The notes beneath the pieces were generated by a model. The model ran no database searches. It was not told where the DNA came from and worked only from the letters and a program-made list of their open reading frames with translations. This document shows, piece after piece, positions 55,085 through 64,000 of a stretch of 64,000 nt of DNA; the first letter of the stretch is position 1, and each line of letters opens with the position of its first letter. The translations under genes were made by a program, and so were the position numbers. Source of the DNA: Octopus vulgaris (taxonomy: Eukaryota); assembly GCA_951406725.2 (NCBI GenBank), contig OX597834.1:38688001-38752000 (forward strand), in the 5' to 3' direction.

Positions 55085-55662
55085 ACAGCTACTGCAACAG
55101 CGAGTGCCGTACACTGACTGGCACGTTTGTATCCAGCTGCCCAAACCGAAAGCGCAGAATATTTTATATTAATTCTCAATATTTGATTGCTAATACTTAA
55201 TGCGCTTTGGGTCATTTGCTGTGCTGTCTATAATGATCGCTGATAAACTAACTTCGAATGACCACTTAGGTTAGCTTGTTGAGAAACAAACCATCTGCTA
55301 CCCTCAATTTTTTTCATTTATTCCATTTAATAAAAGAAAGGTGTGTTTTGACGAATTGCAATCGTTTAATTGCGAAATTTCCCAGAGCTGTCGACTTAAT
55401 AACGTCAAATATTTTATGACAAAAGAAAGACAAGTAAATCAAAATGAAAATATATAGAGTTGTTTCTTTGTTTCGTCCTTTTCTTTTCTCTTCTTCTTCT
55501 TGTTTTTTTTTATTTTTTTTGATTTTCTTCATTTTTCTTTCTGATTGTTTTTTTTTTTTTTCAGTTTAAGTTTGTTTCATTGCTTCTGTCGAAATACAAA
55601 ATTAAGAAAAATGCCTGAAAATATCTCTTTCGAAATTAGAATTTTTATACAGTCATATATAG

Positions 55663-55762
<100 letters not shown>

Positions 55763-56771
55763 GTGTGTGTACATGCATACACACACACGCGCGCGCGCTC
55801 ACACACACACACACACATATACATTCACGCGTATACACATCCACGCACATATGTGTGGGTTTTTCTTTTCCAATTCTTTGACTCGTTTTTGTCTTTGTTT
55901 TGTTTTTTGTTTTTTGTTGTTTTTTTTTTGTTATTTACTCATTGTTCATTCTTCTAGTTTCCCTTTCATGGAATATATTTTAAAGAGTCTCAACTGAAGA
56001 CAAAACATTCAGCCACAGTTAAGTCGCCATGTCGTTTACAAACAAACTAACGTTTCCACTTTACTTACGTATAAAATAAAACTAAAATTGAATTTCTATG
56101 AAATTTGTATTCAATTTCTAATGAAAATAACGACAATTTGCTTCGATTATTTTTATATTGTTCAAAATTGAGTCGGCATTAGTTATTTTTAAAAGAAAAA
56201 CCAAGTGATGTACTTTCCGTAATACTCTTTTACTTGTTTCAGTCCATTTGACTGCGGCCATGCTGGAGCACCGCCTTTAGTCGAAGAAATCGACCCCAGG
56301 ACTTATTCTTTGAACTCAAAACATAGAGACGGACGAAATGCCGCTAAGCATTTTTTTGCTTTTCTCACTGATGTTCTTGTTATTGTTGTCACTGGTTTTT
56401 GATGTCGTTATTGATGTTGTTGTTGTTTTCGTCGTCGTTGTTCTTACAGCTCTAGTTTGGGTTCACAGTAGGGGTAAGAAGAATAATGAAGGGTATATTC
56501 TTTACGTAGGAGCTTTTCTAACAGTTATTCGCCCACGGCATTGTTGACGTCAAGTTTTTGAACTTTTCTTTCAATTCACAAAACGCTCCCCTGAAGGGCT
56601 TAAAATATGAGGCTCACCAGAAAGCTGTTCGGTTTAATAAGGAAAGGCTATTATAAAAAAATCATCAAGCGCTGATGTTTAAGATGGAAAACATAAACGA
56701 AACTTATGATTTTTAAACGCTATGTGAATTGATCAGTAATAATAATAATGATGATGATGATGATAATAATG

Positions 56772-56829
<58 letters not shown>

Positions 56830-57326
56830 GTGTTATCATGTACATTGTTTTGTCTTGGTATAAAAGATGGGCTACAGCAAATATTCTGCTCAATGCCACA
56901 GATTTGCTTGTCAGTTGTTTGACCTTAACCAGTTGAGCATGTCCCTTGGTGGCTGGTGATATGTGCATCTCTGATCACGAGCAGAAGTAGTGGGGGAGCA
57001 TCATAGCCATGTGTTGAGAGGGATTCTTTGGGGTTTGAATAATTCACCTCTGGAAACATGGGTGTTTCGTTCAACATCCTTAAACAACCCTTATTCAGGG
57101 ACCTTTTGAGCGGGATGGGCTACTCGATCTGAAGAAAATTCTAACTGGGCTCCACCTGCAAGGTCATGTGCTGTTTATCTTGATATGAGATCACCATGTC
57201 GCGCACATATGGTTGTGATGCATGTGCCTGGTGTACCCTTATCAGACGGGGAGTCATGATGGGTATACTGGGCTTCGTATATTTTACCCCAGTGTCACTT
57301 TGATGGCATGCTCTGCTCGCTCACTC

Positions 57327-57328
<2 letters not shown>
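56830..57328. mobile_element. Unclassified ~500 bp non-coding insertion between (TAA)n tracts
   Basis: GC-richer block with sharp borders and (TAA)n on both sides; no recognisable ORF. Confidence 0.5.
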
Positions 57329-57377
<49 letters not shown>

Positions 57378-57382
<5 letters not shown>

Positions 57383-57700
57383 CAGTGATCGCAGGAGCAC
57401 TAGGAATGATCAAGAAGAGAACCGAAAATTATGTGAGAATGATCCCTAGCTTACCATCCCTGCAAGAAGTGCAAAAGATTGTCTCAACTGGTACATCTCA
57501 CGTATTGAGAAGAACATCTATTACTACCCATGTATTTTAAGTTAACTTTATTTCTATCAAAAAAAAAAAAAAAAAATGAACGAACTAGTGAGTTTAGTTT
57601 AATGGCCTACCAATGTATACTATGAGTTTCTTTGCCCTAGGAGTCGGGAAGACACTCGGCAAGAAATGGAAGCAAATTTGAAAGAAGAAGAAAAACCCAT
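57378..57700 (+). mobile_element. R4/Dong-like 5'-truncated retrotransposon inside (TAA)n
   Basis: IPVIAGALGMIKKRTENYVRMIPSLPSLQEVQKIVSTGTSHVLRR, then a 3'UTR; (TAA)n on both sides. Confidence 0.8.
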
Positions 57701-57723
57701 AAATAAATAATAATAATAATAAC

Positions 57724-57755
<32 letters not shown>

Positions 57756-58252
57756 GAAGAAGAAGAAGAAGAAGAATCACACAAACACGTGTCCTTGTGG
57801 ATGCGAGCGGAGAAGTATGTACGTTTGTATGTCATACATCTGTATAAACATCGGTGAACAACAATGAACATATATTTATACACACGATCTATCATGTGAA
57901 AAGATCTGTGTGTATTATAAAACGGAACTGGACCGAAACAACAACGATGTACACCAGTAATGATTGGTAATATCATTTATATATAAATATATATACGCAT
58001 ACATATATATACATTCACATATATATATATGTACAGACACATACGTTGCGTATGTGTATGTGTGTATGTATGTGTGTATAGTATAGTATTACGTGTGATG
58101 GATGTTTACTAGCCGCGTATTGAACCGTTACGCTACTCTTCCAATTATTTCGTGTCGATGGAGAAACAAACACAAAACACACATTTTCCAATAGCAACAA
58201 ACAAACAACGCACGAATATCTACCGGAAATTCGTGCACATGCAAGCACGCAT

Positions 58253-58300
<48 letters not shown>

Positions 58301-58341
58301 TCACACACATTCATACACATATATATGTATGTATATATGTG

Positions 58342-58626
<285 letters not shown>

Positions 58627-59527
58627 CATATATCCAATATACTGCTAGTAAAGTACCCAGCAAAGTTAATACATAAATGTTAAGGATTGCGATGCAATTA
58701 ATTCATTTACTGTATTATATGGGCAAAGGTAAAATGTTTTACCACAAATTCATAATACAAAATAAGAAAATGGAGAAATACATCTAAATCAAATATCGAT
58801 TACCAGATAATACCCGATCACATACTTTATTAAACCACCACATAAGAGACTATAAGGACAAACATAATAAAGTAGAACAGAATCATAGTTTAGCGCTAGA
58901 TTCGTATCTGTTTCTGAAAGCAATAGTGTATTTCTGTCATCTGAACTCGGAAGTAAATATGTGCACCAGTGCACTAGTGGATCTTAATGTCGTGCAAACT
59001 GAATGCTGTTGTTTCATATTTCGTATGTATATGCAGATATTTAACACTTTGCATGGTATTGTAGTACTATTGTAACTATATTGCTAATAATGGAATCTAT
59101 ATATTGTTTTTCTAGTATTAGCGATATTAATAATAATACGAATGATGATATTGGTAGCATTAGTGGTAATGAGAATGATAATGATGCTAACATTAATGAC
59201 ATTTTGGGAAATTGTTAAGAATTAATATAATGTACTCTTGACTCTGTATATCTGCATTTGGGTATTAATATGTGTACGTTTTTCTAAATTGTAATTATCA
59301 CAATATTAAGCTGAAAAACTGTAACGTTGAATGTGGAACATATATATGTTTATCGATCAATATGTTTATTGATCTATATTCTTTATATTATTTATATCAT
59401 TATGTATATGTATATTTATATGTATAGGAGTGTGAGTATATGCACTCATATCTATATGTATATGTTTTATTATGGGTATGTACCCACACCTATATTAATG
59501 TGTATGTAATCTGATTTGTATCACATA

Positions 59528-59617
59528 ATCTCCGAAGAGGCCTTATGATATTTTTGTAAATGTCTCATTTATAACTACGAGACATACTTATCTGCATGGC
59601 CGAAACAGCTGTAAGAT
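59528..59617 (+). ncRNA. Type I hammerhead motif with one core substitution (CCGAAGA)
   Basis: AUCU-CCGAAGA-GGCC..~55 nt..GGCC-GAAA-CAGCUG-UA-AGAU. Confidence 0.72.
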
Positions 59618-59839
59618 ATAGTCTATATCTATACTTATATTTACTTATTTTTATATTTTTATATTCTCTTATACACATTGTACTTACTGTATAACATTAC
59701 TCCTTTATGTACACTATTCTGTTCTACTTTATTATGTTTGTCCTTACAGTCTCTTATGTGGTGGTTTAATAAAGTATGTGATTGGGTATTATCTGGTAAT
59801 CGATATTTGATTTAGATGTATTTCTCCATTTTCTTATTT

Positions 59840-59891
<52 letters not shown>

Positions 59892-60012
59892 TAAATACGT
59901 TGATATATACTCACACACACACGCACAAAGTTATAAACACACACACTCATACATACATATATATATATATAAATATTTATATATATATATATATATATAC
60001 ATACATACATAC

Positions 60013-60101
<89 letters not shown>

Positions 60102-60110
60102 ATATATATA

Positions 60111-60159
<49 letters not shown>

Positions 60160-60411
60160 TGTTTGTATTTATATTACGAATTATGAAGATTTTGAAAGCG
60201 TTCCTGTTTCTTCAGAGACAGAAAATGTATGGAAAAGCTAACGATTTGTTGTGAACAGCTTTAAATGAAATTCAGAAACTATTAAGAATACCTTATAACT
60301 AACGAATTACGCTGTTAGAATTAAAAAGCAATCTGGTTTTGAGTCAGCAATAATAGCGCTCTAGAACGATGGAGTCTCCTGAAGTCAGAAGAACGACAAC
60401 ATAGAAACGCA

Positions 60412-60787
60412 CCGGCGTTGTTCGGGTTTGTTTCGACCCTTTAGAATTGGAATTTTTGAAAAGTAAAAGATTTTCATTATGTAGCTTGTTATTCTCTTAA
60501 AGTGAACATTTTTCTGGTTGAAATACACCGAAAAATGGCAACACAGCAGTCAAAAAATCATTAAAAATAGGGATTTTCATAGAAAAAAAGCACCTTTTTG
60601 ATGCAAATAATTTTTGGTGTTAACATGGTCCGATTTAAATTTTTTCTTTTACGGAAGGAAGAGCAAGCCTTCTTCTATCATACTCTCAATTTTGGTCAAC
60701 TTGTGCCGCAGGGTCTCGGAGGAGATAGTGTTAATTGAAGGGTACCAAACTTGCCATACACAGACAACTTCAGCTTTATGTATATAT
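60412..60787 (-). mobile_element. Non-autonomous Helitron, copy 3 (3' CTAG lost)
   Basis: High identity to 15255-15630. Confidence 0.85.
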
Positions 60788-61345
60788 GTTATTGAAAAAA
60801 GAAGACAGATTCAGATCTGATTGAATGAGGAAGATTTATCGGATGATGTACAAATTTCATATGATCCGTAAAGAATGTGTGTGCGTGAGTGTGTCAGTGT
60901 GTTTGTGACATAAAGATAAATACAAGTTTACATTATGATTATTTGGAGTGCATTTAGATGCTCAACCATCAATGATCATCAAGGAACACTCTGTATATAC
61001 ATGTATATACATGTGTATATGTATGTGTGTGTGTATATATGTAGGTAAATATATATGGCACTCGGTGACGGTGTATACAGCTTCACCTTCAGCAAACAAA
61101 TGTTTTCTCTAAAATATTGCTTTTCTTCATTAAACGTTCTGTAATTGAAGTATGCAATTATTGTTGTGTCTCGGGAGGGTCATTACGCCAATGATGATAA
61201 TAACAACACACGCACTGGTTCACTATCACTTCTTTATTGTTAGTCAATTGGTTAAATATCAAATGCCTTTCCTCATTAAACTTTTTGCAAGTGCTGTATG
61301 CAATTATTGTGTCTTGGGAAGGTCATCACGCCAATAATAATAATC

Positions 61346-61682
61346 TGAAACCCCCTTCGGTCATGACTGACCATGGGATTGCACATACAAAGTCACCCTC
61401 CCAGGCACAAGTCCGGGCAATGTTGTTTGTGGAAGACCAGCAGTCGCCCATGCATACCGGCCTCCCCTCTCCACGCCACCAGTGTTATCCAAAGTAAAGG
61501 CAAAAGGGCCGATACAGCTTGGCACCTGTGACATCGCAACTCATTTCCACAGCTGAGTGAACTGGAGCAACGTGAAGTAAAGTGTCTTGCTCAAGAACAC
61601 AACACGCAGCCCGGTCCGGGATTCGAACTCACAACCACGCGATCGTAAGCTCGACGTTCTAACCACTGAGCCATGCCCCTTC
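61346..61682 (-). mobile_element. tRNA-derived SINE (family C-like head, different tail)
   Basis: Minus strand TGGCTCAGTGG...GAGTTCGAATCCC...CTTGAGCAAGACACTT. Confidence 0.85.
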
Positions 61683-61734
61683 ACTAATAATAATAATAAT
61701 AATAATAACAATAATAATAATAATAATAACAGTA

Positions 61735-61820
<86 letters not shown>

Positions 61821-61839
61821 AATGATAATAATAATAATA

Positions 61840-61874
<35 letters not shown>

Positions 61875-62266
61875 AACAACAACAACAGCAACAACACGCG
61901 CACTGGTTCATTATCACTTCTTTCTTGATAGTAGTCATTTGGTTAAATATCTAATCGGCTTGCTAATCGATCTTTTACTTAATCTGCTGGTTAAGCAATC
62001 AAGCGATTGTTTGTTTGTGAAATGCGACCTTCCCAGTGACATCTCCCCCCATTCTCTCTCCTCAAGATTTGCTTATCAAGCTTTCTGTAGGGGAATTTTT
62101 CTTTTTTAAAGCTTACTTTTGTGGTATATCTACCTGTCTGTCTGTGTGTCGTCTCTCTCTGTCTGTTGCTGTGTCGGTTGTCGTGTTTACAGGTGGCGCA
62201 CACGCGTGGGCGTTCATACCACACAGCTTCATCAACTCTTCGTTCAAACACATACTTAACATATAT

Positions 62267-62595
62267 AGGCACAGGAGTGGCTGTGTGGTAAGTAGCTTGC
62301 TAACCAACCACATGGTTCCGGGTTCAGTCCCACTGCGTGGCACCTTGGGCAAGTGTCTTCTGCTATAGCCCCGGGCCGACCAATGCCTTGTGAGTGGATT
62401 TGGTAGACGGAAACTGAAAGAAGCCTGTCGTATATATGTATATATATATATATTAAGATATGTAGAAAAATACAAACAGGGACAAGAACGCATAACTCTT
62501 AGAAGACGATACAATAAACACGGACAGGACATTCGAAGCCCCCAGTCTTCAGTCAAGAACCGGATCATCGTAGTAATTTCGGCTGATTAATCTTG

Positions 62596-62655
<60 letters not shown>

Positions 62656-62860
62656 TTGTGTGTCTGTGTTGGTCCCCCTCGCATTGCTTGACAACCGATG
62701 CTGGTGTGTTTACGTCCCCGTAACTTAGCGGTTCGGCAAAAAGACCGAGAGAATAAGTACTGGGCTTACAAAGAATAAGTCCCGGGGTCGATTTGCTCGA
62801 CTAAAGGCGGTGCTCCAGCATGGCCGCAGTCAAATGACTGAAACAAGTAAAAGAGTAAAG
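62267..62860 (+). mobile_element. SINE family B, full length, with a ~140 bp insertion in its internal TA tract
   Basis: Collinear with 53132-53546 except for 62455-62597. Confidence 0.9.
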
Positions 62861-62904
62861 AGAGAGTATATGTATAGATGACTGATTAAGGATAATTAAG
62901 CATA

Positions 62905-63148
62905 TGGTGGTGATGATGATGATGATGAGGCGGAGGAGGAGGAGGAAGGAGGACGAGGAGGAGGCGGAGAGGGGAGAAAAGTGAGAAAATGGTGACGATG
63001 ATGGTGAGGAAGAAAAGGACGAGGAAAACAATGAGATGCTGATGATAGCAATGGTGGTGGTGGTGGTCTGGTGGTGGTTGGGGTGATGGTGCGGATTGTA
63101 GACTGTTACTGTAGTGAGGTTGGGGTTGTGGTGGGCACAATGCACGTC

Positions 63149-63218
<70 letters not shown>

Positions 63219-63289
63219 GATGATGATGATGACGACAACGATGATAAATATGATGATGATGATGATGATGATGGTGATGATGATTATGA

Positions 63290-63321
<32 letters not shown>

Positions 63322-63775
63322 ATGATGATGGTGGTGGTGATGGTGATGATGATGATGATGATGATGATGATGACAACAACGATGATAAATATGATGATGA
63401 TGATGATGATGATGATGGTGGTGATGGTGGTGGTGATGATGATGATGATGATAGTGGTGACGATGGTAATGGCAATAATGATGCTGATGACGATGGTGAT
63501 AGCGATGGTGATGATGATGGAGATGGTAACGGCGATGTTAATGCTGAGGACGATGGTGATGGCGATAGTAATGGTGATGGTGATGGTGATATTGATGGTG
63601 ATGGTGATGGCGATAGTAATGGTGATATTGATGGTGATGGTGATGGCGATGGCGATAGTGATGGTGATGGCGCTGTTGATCGTGGAGGGCAATGGTGATG
63701 GTGAGGGCGATGGTGATGCTTATGACGATGGCGATGGCAACGACGATGATGCTGATGCTGATGATGCTGATGGCG
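62905..63775. repeat. (GAT/GGT/GAG)n low-complexity tract
   Basis: Direct reading. Confidence 0.95.
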
Positions 63776-63887
63776 ATTGTTTTTCTCCATAAATCATCTG
63801 CACGCTGTCATACCACAGCAATATTCTGCTCTACTTACAATATATCCATCATCAGCAATTTCCAAGCCCCCCACTCCCACTAACACC

Positions 63888-63919
<32 letters not shown>

Positions 63920-64000
63920 TTTCCATTTCATAACTCTCACCATCTCTCTCTCTCTGTCTTTCTCTCTAAAGTACTTCTTATATCGGTCCCCTACGCCCTT

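Noticed and set aside
62520-62597. Minus-strand GAAA...CTGAAGA as a type II hammerhead
   Set aside because: Helix II and helix I do not pair in register.

Overview
Eukaryotic, AT-rich, repeat-saturated window with no recognisable host protein-coding gene, so it is intronic or intergenic. Most ORFs in the track are translated microsatellites; the rest overlap SINEs or are transposon remnants. The repeat content (three tRNA-derived SINE families, dense TA/CA/TAA/GAT/TAGA tracts) looks like an octopus (cephalopod) genome; this is my recognition, not a database result. Transposon remnants: one full-length but broken mariner with TIRs, two more mariner fragments, two maT fragments (one with DD37D spacing), three copies of a non-autonomous Helitron, a long-TIR MITE, CR1/Jockey-group and RTE LINE ends, R4/Dong-like tails ending in (TAA)n, and Penelope-like (PLE) endonuclease-region remnants. 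The most striking signal is a set of type I hammerhead ribozyme (HHR) motifs. Five have canonical or near-canonical cores, a palindromic or near-palindromic helix III and an unusually long helix II. About five more are compact or degenerate variants. Most lie in short elements beside or inside (TA)n tracts, often within long inverted repeats, and one sits just downstream of a PLE endonuclease-like ORF on the same strand. One SINE family also occurs as head-to-tail multimers with the same junction at three loci. Coordinates were read by eye and may be off by a few bases.
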